Of a stretch of DNA of 64,000 nt, positions 51,001 through 63,828 are shown piece by piece. The DNA is taken from positions 109,975 to 173,974 of the forward strand of contig NW_019217849.1 in the NCBI RefSeq assembly GCF_002571385.2, written 5' to 3'. A program made the translations under genes and the position numbers. The notes beneath the pieces were generated by a model. The model was not told the origin of the DNA, searched no databases, and was given only the letters and a program-made list of their open reading frames with translations. This stretch comes from Stylophora pistillata. Its lineage: Eukaryota. Within the stretch, counting starts at the first letter, position 1. Each line of letters starts with the position of its first letter.

Positions 51001-54000
51001 CAGACCATAATAACTATCTGTACAAGTGATGTTTGGATTTTGCAGGAAAAATAGGCCTGCACTTTGAACTGATTTTCTTTATGCTTCGAAGGTCAGATTC
51101 TTTCTGGTTGTTTTGTGGTTAGAGTTGAAATAAAAGAAAAATGCTGAGAAAATGTAGAACACTCAAACTGGAAAAGGGAAAAGCTCACCAGAGGCCTCTA
51201 TGCAAACATAATGGATACTTTCTCTATTTAGTTTCTCATGATAACAAAACTTATTTTACAAAATTCTATATGGTCAGAATTTGGAGCAAATGGCTCCTGT
51301 TTTGTCGGAGCTTGAGCTTAAGTCATTCATTAACTCTTAGTTGCAGGAATTATGAAATAACAAGTTATTAAGTCTTGAAAATTTTTATAAAAGGTAATCA
51401 GTTAGGGGGCAGGGACTAGAAGGGAGAGTTTTGAACTTGATCTTGTGTCTGAACGTTGAAAAAGATATATTTTTTTTCAAGATCTAGCCATTATCTCTAA
51501 AAGTATTATTTCTAACTTTTTTATTTTTTTTCTGCAGGAGACTCGTCTTTTGAGGAACTGCAAACTTCACGAAGGAGGTCTCACAGTGATCCCTTAGATG
51601 GAGATTACTTGGAGGATGAGGACAGAGATGCGACCAGAGGCCGATCAGAAGATCACAAAGTCCTGTATAAAGAGATGTATCCGCAGAGATCGTCCGCGCT
51701 GGATGTGGTGGAGAATATGTGGGGAGATTTCTCAGTTTATGACTACCCACCTGGGGACAGTCCTCCGCACGAGAAACATGCGAAAAAGAAAGAGTGGACC
51801 CCGCAGATTACCATTCCTAAGCCGTTTACCATGACAATGAGAGAGGCTAAGAAAAAGTCGAAACATATAACCAGATCACAAATGATTCTTCAGGAAGACT
51901 TGAAGAAGAAGAAAGAAAAAGAGGAAGCTGAGCTGCATAAGAAATTCCGCGCGCAGCCTGTTCCCGCTTCGACGTTTCTGCCTCTTTATGACGAGATTTC
52001 CCGGCAGAACGAACTAAGAAGATATCATGTTCAAGAGCTTAGCAAAGCGATCCTTAAATCAAGTGAAAAACCGTTCAAATTCATGAAGCGCGAGGAGGAC
52101 AAGAAACAGATGCGTCGGACCAAATCTTTAAGCAATCTCGCGGAACTCGAGAACAAAGTCGATGAAAAAAAGAAGTTTAAAGCCAACCCATTTCCCGATC
52201 ATTTGTTCGATCTGACTCTTGCAGACAGGATTGCCGAAAAAGAGGAGTACAGAGCGATTCGTGTGCGTATGCGCGCGCAGGAAATGCTGGCTGCGTCGCG
52301 TCTCCCTCCAAATATGGAAGCGAGAGGGGAAGAATACACACTTGGACATTTCCGCAGTAAGCTGAACAGAGAGGGTAATAAAAACGCTTTTATGACCAAA
52401 GAACACAAATTTCGACCGCAAATTAACCCGGACGTACCAGAGTTTGATGCGCTTCATAGTCAGTTTGAAAAAGAGATGAGGAATAAGAAAAAGGAGCTGG
52501 AACCTACAGTTGTAGAGCCCTTTAATCTGAGAACAGCGCGACTGTCCGCGACAAGGAAGGCCAGGTCGTCTGGGTCTCAAGAGGTCCCAGATACTGGCAG
52601 ATCGTCACGGGATCGCTCGGCTAGTAGGGAAAGACCTTCTAGAGCCAGGCCGCCCACACCCCATGATACGCTTCCTTTTGGGTAAGTACGAATCCCTTGA
52701 TGAAATACAATCCAGGTTGCCATGCGTCTTTTCTCAATAGAAAATGTAAGAACAAAATTGTGGGATGCGAGGCGCCGCCGATTGACTTCGAGCGGTCACT
52801 CCTTTTCGGCAAAGTCAGATGTTAGAGTTCGCGTGGAATGCTAACATCAATTATTTTGATGTTAGCATGCGTACTCAGATTGGTCAATTCTGTGTCTACT
52901 GTTTTCACATGGGTGTACCTGCTGACGTGATCGAATGTAATGACCAGTTTTCGTGCGCTTGTTTATCTGTCATGCACGATTGGTTCAATGAAAGTGAACT
53001 CTTTTGCTACAATGTATGGATGTTGTTACAAAACAAATGGTAAAATAACCACGCGATGTCCAATAGAACTCAACTAGTCATACTATCTTGACCTTTGAAA
53101 TTGCAGAATTAACAAATGGTTAACACTGCAGCGCACACCGTTGAGCTGGTCATTTTGTTAGTTTGTGTTAAACCCGTAAAGTGATTAATGAACGATTGTG
53201 AATTTATGAATATCCCAATGAATAAAGGCTGATAGTTGTGAAAGAAACTGTTTGGGGCTGCGTCGGTGGGAGTAACGAAATAATTTGGATATATCAACAA
53301 AGTTGAAATGGTAAATTGGCCACCGTAACGATTCCAAAAGCTGGAATAATTTGGAATCGTTACGGTGGCCAATTTACTACGTCAAGTTTGTTGATATATC
53401 CAAATTATATGAATATCCCAGTTGGCTTGTTAGCTTGGTTGGAGTCGCTGAGATCATGGATTTGACTCCCGTACAAGCCTGAATTTTTTTCAGGCCTTAT
53501 TTTCACCACAGATTAAGTAGTGTTCATTACTGCGAAGATAACTCTCATATTCAATTACTGCTTTTCAATTTTTGTTTCAGAACCACAGAGTCTACGCGGT
53601 TACGCGAGAGTACAATCCGCAGGAGCCTGGAACACAAAAAAGCAAATGAACAAGAAGAGATAAAACAAGTGCAACGGAGGCAACGCCGACAAAACATGTT
53701 AAAACCAGAGGTGACGCGAAAAGTGATGGCGAATGATCACAGTGCACAATTGAAAAAAGCTGCTAAAGAAAAAGTTCAAAGTTTAAGGTGAGTGACCCAT
53801 GTACTGCCGGGTGAATTATTTTCCGTTGTTTTCCACCGTTGTTGATGTAGCTTATTGTCCCTCTTGTGTGTCGTTAGCTCTCAAGCACATCGCTCCTAAA
53901 TCCACATAAAATCTCGTTCAAGTTTATAACACGCGATGAGAGTAGGAAGTCTTTGTAGGTCCAAAATTGAGCTGACAAGGAAAAACGTCTCCATCGTTTC

Positions 54001-55008
54001 GGAGCGGCTGCGCGTTGCGTGCTTGGTCATGCGCGTATATCATACAGACGTTTCCAACCGTTATTAGAAGGAAATAAGTAACGTTGTTTTGATTATATAG
54101 ATAGAGAAGAGTACGATTTTGATTGGTGATGAGACCAGTTAAGCAATTTTGGTTGCTTCTCCTGTGGGCTAAACAAGAACTAGGTACTTCGATTGCAGAC
54201 TTTTTATGGCCGATGTAGCCTGCAGTGTAGGCGTCTTATAAGGACGAGCCAACGTTAAAAGCTCGTGATCGTTTATCTGAACGCCATGTTGGATTTGGAT
54301 TTTGAGTGGACGGTAGGGGAAGTGGGCGGGAAGGGGCGGGAAGAAAATTGATTGTAATATTCAGTTTTCACTCCCCCCTCCTTACTTTTGACCGTCACTT
54401 GCCCCCTTGGTACAAATTACTTTCTCTCCCCAGCCCTCCGCTGCCATTAAAATCTGAAATGGCAGCCATTTTTCGTTAAGAAAAAACTGAGCATTCGCTC
54501 TTCCAAATTACGCCTGCCCTTTAGGAGATTAGTAGGAATAGGCTGTAAACATTTGATCCGTACAACATCACTATGAGCGTTGTCTCGGGGAGCTCAAGTT
54601 ATTAATTTTATGACAATTTTTACTTCCTACAGGGAAGGTGATCGGGCGAGGAGAGAAGAATACCACCAAGAACTGAAAGAGATCCAAGAGCGTGTGAATA
54701 AACGACCTCTGCTCTTCGAACAGCAATCTCAAGCTACGGCCAGGCGCGCTGCAGAGCGAAAGTATGCGGATATCCTTCGTAGCGCAGGCGTAGAGGAGGC
54801 ACTTGTGCGGGACTTGGTTACTAAGGATGGAAAAATTGTAGATGTTGACTCAGACGATGACCTCGAGGAGACTGGGTCCCAGGTTTATTTTGGCGGGTCA
54901 AGAAGGTCTTCAGGAGCAGGATATACGAGGGACAGCCATGATGGAAATATGGATGAAGACACGAGCGATATTGAAGAGCAAATAGAGGAGGAAGACGATG
55001 AAATCTAA
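48006..55008 (+). CDS. FAM161A: FAM161A/B-like ciliary/centriolar protein (UPF0564)
   Basis: Exons 48006-48591 (MASNHG; FYEHLLALKNEHKKSL), 51538-52681 (WTPQITIPKPFTMTMRE, KKFRAQPVP, FRPQINPDVPEFD, PTVVEPFNLRT), 53581-53787 and 54633-55008 (RVNKRPLLFEQ; TAA). Likely co-ortholog of vertebrate A and B. Confidence 0.9.
49170..49412 (+). mobile_element. tRNA-derived SINE with a V-domain-like core
   Basis: A box tggcgcagtgg, B box ggttcgattcc, core gggtttttctccgggtcctctggttttcctccc. Confidence 0.75.
49628..50766 (+). mobile_element. 5'-truncated non-LTR retrotransposon with a restriction-like endonuclease (R4/Dong-like)
   Basis: CCHC finger CRMCGKATEAQVHMLAGC, RHN motif, and NRIDCTVIDK..LLEMSCP..EKTNKY (PD-(D/E)xK type). 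Premature TAG at 50361; natural end ARTFKVLLD* at ~50423; (TAA)n on both flanks. Confidence 0.88.
53218..53407 (-). mobile_element. Penelope-like terminal fragment with an inverted duplication and TSD
   Basis: ~58 bp inverted arms (53281-53338 and ~53350-53407); atgaatatccca on both flanks; homologous to 56137-56236. Confidence 0.7.
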
Positions 55009-55275
55009 ACCATGTAAAAGAAAGGGTTGTGATTATCAGGCACAACTGTGAGCCTCTTCCCTTCCCTCTCTTCCCTTCCCTCTCTTCCCTTCCCTCTCTT
55101 CCCTTCTCTCCTTCTTTCCCCTCCCTTCCTCAAATAGAGGAAGAAGACGATGAAATCTAAACCATGTAAAAGAAAGGGTTGTGATTATCAGGCACAACTG
55201 TAAGCCTCTTCCCTTCCCTCTCTTCCCTTCTCCCTTTTTTCCCTTCCCTTCTCCCTTTTTTCCCTTTCCTCCTCC
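54979..55275. repeat. 152-bp-period tandem duplication of the FAM161 stop region plus CT-rich tracts
   Basis: caaatagagg.gaagacgatgaaatctaaaccatg...cacaactgt.agcctcttcccttccc at 54979 and again at 55131. Confidence 0.95.
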
Positions 55276-56136
55276 CTTTTTTCCCCTCCCTCCCTGACGC
55301 AAACTCGAATCTAAGGTCTCATTTAATGATCTTTCTTATTAGACTTTAATTCTGTTTCTGACAAATCATGTAGTTAAACCTTTCGTAAATAACAGAACAT
55401 TGTTGGCTGGCTACAAGCTCTTAGGATCTGACGCGTACATAACGCAAATGAAACTTGTCGAGAATACATGAACATTGTCTCTTAGGCGTGGGATGGAAGG
55501 TTGTGGTTAACTTTGTTTGAATTATGCGAGGTATTTGTGACTCAAACCGATAAAACTCGACCATTAAATCATCTTTAGCCCTGAAATTTCATGCTGCAGT
55601 GTTGAAAACTTGTACGTCTCTCGGATAGTCAATCTCGTCTCTAGTCACCATCCCTTTTCAATAAAATTTTACTATGAAATATTCACTGCGTTTTCTTTGT
55701 TATGAAATGTCATGCTGCATCCATTCAGAGCAAAAGACACCGAATATTGTGACCTAAGGCGTATGTTGAGGTTGTTAGCTTGGGCCCAAGGCTGAGATTC
55801 GGGAGACGACATTTTCATATAGTACGCGTGGTGTGATTGGACGTTTTCACATAGTACGCGTGTTGTCTTAGGCCAGACTTTCGTTAATTTAACTCTGTGT
55901 CTACGTCCATCGTGCATGCATGACTAGTGCAGAACAAAAGACCTGGAGAGTTAATCAGACAAGATTACTAACTTAGGGCTAGGGTAAATTTTTGATTTGC
56001 AGAGATTTTTATTGCCTGACTGTAGAAAAAAAACCCAAAAAGTAGTTTAACTCAGTTTAACCTTTGATTTAGAAAAAACTCAAACTTAAGTTTAAAATGA
56101 TAATCCTGAATCAACCCTAACTACCTTTCGAACAAA

Positions 56137-56236
56137 GGCTGATAGTTTCTAAAGAAACTGTTTGGGGCTGCGTCGGTGGGGGTAACGAAATCATTTCAAT
56201 CTATCAACAAAGTTGAAATGGTAAATTGGCCACCGT
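56137..56236 (-). mobile_element. Penelope-like short insertion with a 15-bp TSD
   Basis: tacctttcgaacaaa at 56122-56136 and 56237-56251. Confidence 0.75.
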
Positions 56237-56319
56237 TACCTTTCGAACAAACGGCCTTATCATACGTTTCATCGGATCTATATCGAAATTTTCGAAAGTA
56301 ATTGATTATCAACAGCCTG

Positions 56320-56930
56320 ATACTATTACTATTACTATACCAATACTATTATTACTTCCTGCTGCTGCTACCATTATTACTACTACAACAACTTCTATCA
56401 CCACTTTTGTTACTAAAATAACTCATACCAATTCTACTACCACCGCAAATATTGCAACTACTATTACTACAACTACTATTATTACTACTGCTATTATTAG
56501 TGCTATAACTATCAATATTTACACTACTACTACTAGTACTACTCGCCATTACTACTACTGCTTCCGCCTCTGCCGCTGCCTCTGCCGCTACTGCCGCTAC
56601 TGCCGCTACTGCCGCTACTGCCGCTACTGCCGCTGCTGCCGCTGCTGCTACTGTACTACTGCTATTAACGCACCATCACTATTCTAACTACTACTACTAA
56701 TACTTCTATTACTTCTTCTGTTACTTCTATTACTACTAATACTATTTCTCCTACGGCTTATTTACGACTACTACAGCTACTACTACTATTTGTACTGTCA
56801 TTATTATATTACTGCTACCACTACCAATGCTGCTACCGCTATTACTGTTACTTCTACAAATAATACTAACGATACTGCTGCCATTGTCACTGCAGCAACC
56901 AACTTCTACTTCTATACTATCAAACTTTTT
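56320..56930. repeat. Low-complexity (ACT/ATT/GCT)n region including (CTGCCGCTA)n
   Basis: Degenerate trinucleotide array, with 9-mer repeats at ~56560-56650. Confidence 0.9.
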
Positions 56931-58869
56931 TATTACGACGATACAGCTAAGTTAGTATTGAACCTTGTTATAATAATTTTATTGATGCAGCTCTTTGCGT
57001 AACCTCGGAAGTAAAATAATTCTCAAGACGAAAATTCTATTTGTATACTATGTCAGATATATCACTTTAAATAATCTCAAAACTCCTCTGACACTTAAGG
57101 CTCTATGCTGTCAGCAGAAACCAATCACAATTCAAACAAATGTAGTTCTTACTTTCACGCGCCAGATGTTGCACCTCTATTGTTTTATCATGCAAATTAC
57201 ACGTGAGTAGATCATGTCTTTGTGGCAGTGTAATATACCCATGATGCCTTTCCAAGTACAAAGACCGGTCAACAACAAAGAGAGAGGTGTCAATAGAAAA
57301 TCTGCTAAATCTGGTTACATTGAGTTGCTTTTTTCACTTTCCAAGCTTTATTGAATGCCAGAGATATTTGAAAAATTTCGACCGATCTCCTTTGATGCCC
57401 AAACGAAACTAATTCCTTCATTTGAGCTCTGAATGCAATTATTGAACGGTAACGATTGTGGGCTCATTCAACCGGAACGTAGTCACTATCGAGAACTGCT
57501 TTCTGGCGAATAGCCAATAATGTGCTTGCACGAACCTGAAATAGCACGATAACATAAAGAAAAAAAAAAGACCTTAGATGAATACACAAATGATAACGTC
57601 GTTAGATTTTCGCCGATTCTATCGCTTTTACATCAATTACCTACTGAAACTTAAGGTTGCTCTGTTAAACCCAAATAAGTTCAAGGTCGCTTGAATCGAT
57701 TAACCAGTTGCTAAGCATCGGGTATAACTTGTTTGTTTGTCGGAAGAAGCAGTTGATAAAATTTTGATTATTATCAAACGTTGCTTGTCTTCAGGGTGAA
57801 ACGGTTCGTCTCCCATACCAAGTCGTGCTCACTTGAGCTTATTTATTATGACAATTTGTTCCTTCAGATCGGATTCATGGAAACGAAATAGATTGTCTCC
57901 TTGAATCTGTTTATCGTGACCGAAACGTCAGCTTAAATGTGTTCAAATGTATGGCACCTGTACGTTTTATACAATGTTGATAAAATCCACTTGCTCGCCT
58001 CCTGGCATACCAGTTGAATTTAAACGTCACAAATCCTAAATATTTCATTTAATGTTGTTGTTTGTACACCGAATATCCTCTAAACAGAATCCCTCAGAGA
58101 GGTTCAATTGCAAGGTAATGCAAACTGATCGTCAAGCCAGCGTTGATAGTCTCAAAACAAAACTTGTTTCCAGTAAAAGTTTATGATACTTAATATTCTG
58201 AATCGATGCGGTTATTACGTCTGCCTGCGGCTTTGTAATTGTAATGCGCTGCAAATAATATGTCTAGTTCTCTGTTCGAGAGTCCACTGGTCCAAAATTT
58301 AATATCTGTCTTTGTCCTTCTGTAATTTGAGATGTGCGAGTCGTGCCAATCAATCATCAAAGTGTTGGCTCCGCCTGCTAATGTGTCACAACAAGCAACA
58401 CATGCACTTTCACCAAACTGGATCAACCGGTTTGGTCCAAGCACTTCAGTTGAGACTGCGCAGGCTGTATTATGACGTCGGGACGAGAGTTCGGCAATCG
58501 AGATTGAAGCGAAATTTGAAGCAAATATATACTGAAAAATTTGAATTGATTGCAATTCATTTGAATAGGGTTTCAAAGTGAGCATGGTAGCGTAAATTTT
58601 CCTCACAGTATAACAGCATCCAGAAAGTACTCTTGTGCTGTCACTGGTTTTAACAACAAACACTTCTAAGAGAACTTCTTGGAATAAATCTCTTAAAACT
58701 AGGATGGTTTTCGGAGCGAAAAACGATTACAATTTTCCGGAAAGGCCTTGACATGCAGCAAAACACGTTTGGTAAGCGTAATTGTGTATAACAAAGAATC
58801 GCTTTAGCGAAAACATAAGCACAATTACGGCTATTCAAATTCGTGACCCACCAAATGCAATTTGCGTTA

Positions 58870-59236
58870 TGAGCGAGCGCGAACCAATCAAAATCGAGGA
58901 CGCTTGGGTGTGTGTCAGCTACAACTACAACCGGTAAACATACAAACAAGCTGTCAATCACGCTTACGTCATTCTAAACAATCCGAAAAATTCCGACTAA
59001 ACACGATTTTAGGCGAGTCTGCGCACCTGTATTCTCCTGGATCTTCGTGACAGTGTACGTTCCGTTCGTGACGTCAAAAGACGCGTGGTTCGCTTATAGG
59101 CGAACAATAATGGCCGCGTTCGTGTGTGGTGAATGACGTTTTCGGTGGAATAGTGCACAGTCTCCATGAAAAACTTGACATTTATAATTCTTACAGATCA
59201 AAGTTTCAAATAAGAAACTCCCGCCATTAGTGAATC
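58870..59236 (+). promoter_or_regulatory. CpG-rich MTA promoter
   Basis: CCAAT at ~58884, TTACGTCA at 58964, palindromic CRE TGACGTCA at 59069-59076, YY1-like aatggccgc at ~59109. Confidence 0.55.
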
Positions 59237-62200
59237 ATGGCGAACGCATCAAACGTTTTCCGGGTTGGAGGTGAGTGTGATCACACTAGAAACTTCAGAG
59301 AATTTTTCACTGAAAAGCTTTATTTCCCACTCTTGAGGAAATCGCGTTTAATAGTGTGTCTTTCCTTGCCTTGCCTTGCCAATGCTTCATTTCTCGTGTA
59401 TACTTAAATTGGAAGTAAAAATATCTCTTTGATCTTGCTGGGAATCTTTTACTCTCGGACGATTGCGTTATTTTATCCGTATGCCGGGAGAATGAACAAA
59501 AACCTCCGTACGGTGTACGAATGTTATCGGGGACTTCACTACTGCTATTCTTTATCAGAAAACCCGAGGGAAGTCTTATGAAATCAATTTGTTCTAGCCC
59601 TTGATTTTAAGGTCGTATTAATGATGATGATTTGATTTGGAAAAGACGAAAGCAAAACCGAAAAAACTTCACGAAGCGTAGTTTCAGGTCTGTTGATTCG
59701 GTGCGCGCGGTTACCAGCTTAGCGGCTGTCGTTGCGACCATGTGCGTTTTTTCGGTTGCAAACCGTATTTCAGATGATATCTGACGACTTTAAACAGGTG
59801 TATTGCGTTAACTCATTTTTATTTTAACACAGATTATGTTTACGTTGAAACTAACCCGGCGTTACCGTATCAAATACGAAGAATTGAGGAGTTGACCAAG
59901 GTAAAAAATTTAAGGTGGGTCTGGACATTTATTCATAAATATGTTAATTACTAAATTTGGTCGTGGACTTAGAATAACTTTCTTCTCTTTTATTTTCCAG
60001 ACAAGTAATGGGCAAGTTGAAGCTAAAGTTCAGTGTTTCTACAGAAAGAGAGATTTATCTTCAGCACTTGCAGTACAGGCTGAGAAACATTTGAGTAAGT
60101 ATGGCCAAACTGGAACTATCTAGACACATTGCACATTTTCTTTCTTCAAATGTTTTTTTCATTTTGACATGATGCAAAGAAAATAATGAAATCATGGAAA
60201 ATGTGACTAGCCACTAAAATTTCCTGGCTAAGATTTGCTTTTTATTGAGATTTATCTCTGGTGTAATTTGAGATAAACAATGTTGCTTTATTGATGTTAA
60301 TCATTGTTAATATTTTACTTTGAAAAGCCTATAATGCCTGTGTTTGTCAAAATCCCTTATTTTTCCAACTATTCTATGGTTTCTGTGATACATGCTCAGA
60401 GAAAATTTGGTACACAGTGGTCATATTGAAATATTTCTGGTCTTATTCCTCTCAAGCCATAGGCACAGTTCTGTTATGGTCTCAGTTCGAGCAGACATTC
60501 TAGTAAGAGTGGGTTTGATTTGCATGAAGGATTTTACTAATGATTTTAAGGGAAGCAGTCAAAAGCTATGTTATTTCAGGGTGCTATAAATTTTCGAAAT
60601 TCTCTGAATTGATGAGAATGCCCTCCCAGGTCACATGCCTAGAAATGATCTCATATTTCATGTCAATTATTGTCCTAATAAAATGCAACATTTTGGTATT
60701 GTTTTAAACCTCGAGCCTGTGATGAGTAACTTTTCATCTTGAAGATTTTCATTCATGTTATTACCTTATTTTTGATGTTATAATTATTGCAAATTTGCAA
60801 GGAAAGAAAATATATTCCCATGTTCCCCTTCATCATCAGTAGTACTGGAATGGGGAATTTTTATCACTGTAGTTTGTTCTTCATTGTTGGGTTTTAAGCA
60901 TTTATTAGTAATTACAAGATAACTAATGATAATACCAAGAGAATGGTGGTGGTTGTTAAAAATAGCTATTTAACTCAACAGAAGGGTTTCTAGCTGCTTG
61001 GAAGCTGTAAATGTGATTAATGATAATCAAATTATCCACAGTTCTCATATTTCAGAAAATCTATTGCATAACATCATACTTTCTAGTCAATGCCCTTAGC
61101 CTCTGGCATAGTAAAAGATACTGATATTAAACTCTTGGTTATGCTTCGCGGAGCACGTACACCACAGGTGACCAACATCTCTTTGTAAGGGACATAGATA
61201 ACCTTGTTTGTATAAAACTTTTGAAAAGCTTAATACCCCAGAAACCTGAGATGAGGCCTTGAGGAACCCAGATGTTCCTCTAGGAGCTCCATTTTGTAAC
61301 TGTGCTTTGAGGTATCTGTTTTCATACTGATTATGCAATACAATGTTCTTGCAGTACAAGCAGAAGAGGATGCAGAAATTGAAATGGGTGATAGTGAAAT
61401 GGAAGATGTCTTAAGACATCAGCTGATTCACAGAGAGGTCTTTTTGTCCAGACAGTATGAAAATATCAATGCCAACACCATTAGGTAAGAAGATAAAACA
61501 TAATTTATTTTATATTTTCTCATTTTATCCCTATGGACTTGTGGCAATGTTATTCTGTTGTCTAGAAATGTCAAGTTAACAAATAAGTTATCAGTATTCC
61601 CAAAATCGAATCCCCAAGACCAGTCAGAAACATTAGGGGGATATATAAATTTGTATGCAGCTGTTGGTGTTCATTATAATGCTTTGCAGAATATGTCCAC
61701 ACATCATTCTGATGTAGTAAATTGTGGTTTTTGATAACTAAATTTTATACTAGGGTTCCTGTAATACAATATAAGAGATAAATCTACACAGCAACATGCA
61801 AAATTTAGAAGTTATTTTGATGTATATTTTGTACTCTCACAACTTTACAACTTTTTTTACAGAAATTATTTCCTGTCAAAATTAACCATTTCCTTTTATT
61901 TTTGACATAAATAAAAAAATTGAATAAGCTTTATCACGGCTTGTTTATGATCAGAATCATTATTTTAATCTGTAACCACACGTGTTTAAGACATGATTGT
62001 GGTATTTTTAGACAAGATATTTAGCTTTTACAAAATCAATACATTTCCAATTACAATTCACAAAAATCAAAACTACAACTGCCTTTACTTGGAGAATGAT
62101 GAACTTTAGGGTTACTGATTTCAGGAATTTAATTTGGGAAAACTTAAACTTAGCAAAGTTAAGATAATTTTATGTTACAAGGTGCCTTTTTCATGTAACG

Positions 62201-63644
62201 TTGTTTTGTGGTTTTCGAATTGCTTAAATAGGAAAGAAGCAAAGGGGAAAGTGAGAAAGCAGATTAAAATTTGGATCACTGAAATTTCCTTAACTTTTTG
62301 TTTTGCAAATAAGGCAATCATTGTTTCAATGTGATTTGAAACAGGTCTGTGTCATCCTTCTCTTAACACATTTATTGTGTTTATGGTATTCAATTTATAT
62401 CATAGAATTGTTTCATAACAAGTTTTCCATGATTATGAAGCACACAAGTGTACTCTTGTGGATATATTTTTATAGTACAACAACTTTCCTGTTTTGAAAA
62501 TGGAGACAATTCAAAATTCTAGAGCATATTGCTTATTATTGCAAAATAGGCACCGCAAAGGTTCCAGTTACAAATTTCAAACTCATACCAGGCTATTGTT
62601 ATGTCAGGTTTCTAATGTTTTGGGATCAATATACATTGTTCTTTAAAAACAATAATTTTAACTTGAATTGTGTGACTGTGTTTTTGCATGCTGTTTGTGA
62701 ATTTTGGATAGAATAAGAAAGAAGCAAAAAAAGAATGAAATGCTTTTTATCCAGAACACAGAGAAATCACTACAGAAACTCAAGATGTTTTAGAATTTCT
62801 TGACATATCACTCAAAATTTGTTTTGAGTGTATTAGCGTGCTTACAAACCAACACTATTGCATAACTTACATTGCGCTGATTTTATTGATTGCACAATCA
62901 CTGATTATGTTTATTACATATCTCTTTTTCCTTCTTAATAATTCATGGAGAGTGGTGTTGTAGCTGGTACAGCATATGTTTGTTAGCTAGAAATCTTTTT
63001 ATTAGCTGTCTTTTTTAAAATCAGAAATCAAGGAAGAATCTTTTTTAGCACCCTGGACTGTGAGAAACATTAGATTCCCAGAAATTTATGGCCAAAACTG
63101 TGTTGAGAAATAAAAGTGAACAAATGGTTGGAAGCTATGTATTTTTAGCCCAAACTACTGTTCAATAATAATTTACTTTTATATAAAAATAATACTATTT
63201 TGTAACAAATGAGCCTTGGTATATATGTATGGAGTCAAAAATGAATTTGTGAAGAATTGAGAAATGTGTGGATTTGTGTGATATTGTTTTGAAATTATAA
63301 AGTTGAGTTTTTCATTCATTATTGATTTTTTAGGTTATTGAGATTTTGATTTTTTGCACTGTATAATTCTTTTTTCTTAGGGGAAAATGCTTGGTCACTC
63401 TTTACAATGAAGCTGAGATTCTACCAAAATATTTAGAAAAAGAGGTGTGTTCTTAATCATTTATACTTACAATGTTTGAAGTGATCATGTGTTCTATTAT
63501 ACTGATTATATGTTCCATTCTTTTAGGACTGGTTTCATTACTTTCTTGTTTATGATCCCCAACAAAAAACTTTGGTTGCTGACCGAGGAGAAATGGGAAT
63601 AGGCACAGCTTATCAGGCTCAAGTACCCAAGACAGCTAAGAAAG
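59237..63644 (+). CDS. MTA1: Metastasis-associated protein (MTA1/2/3 co-ortholog), 5' part: BAH domain and start of ELM2
   Basis: Exons 59237-59270 (MANASNVFRVG), 59833-59900 (DYVY..PYQIRRIEEL), 60001-60094 (VEAKVQCFYRKRD), 61355-61484 (HQLIHREVFLSRQ), 63381-63444 and 63527-63644 (LVYDPQQKTLVADRGEM..YQA). The gene continues beyond the window. Confidence 0.93.
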
Positions 63645-63672
63645 GTTGGTTGTTGACTTTTGTTCGGTATGG

Positions 63673-63828
63673 TCCAGGGTGCAGTCGTACAAAGGGTGTA
63701 TAACACTATTCAACAGCTAAATCGCAATCCAGCGGACAAGTGATAGCAAAATGCAGTACACTATCCACTGAATAGAAATTTCTCCGGTGGACATAGAGTT
63801 ATCCAACCTTTGAACGACTGGGGCCAGG
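63673..63828. mobile_element. ~155 bp MITE
   Basis: Imperfect TIRs cagtcgtacaaagggtgtataac / gttatccaacctttgaacgactg. Confidence 0.6.

Noticed and set aside
42110-52580. Antisense ORFs over the fructokinase, retroelement and FAM161 exons
   Set aside because: Shadow frames of real coding sequence.
55036-57002. Gly/Lys-rich, Thr-rich and CRY-repeat ORFs
   Set aside because: Translations of simple-sequence repeats, with no splice or homology support.
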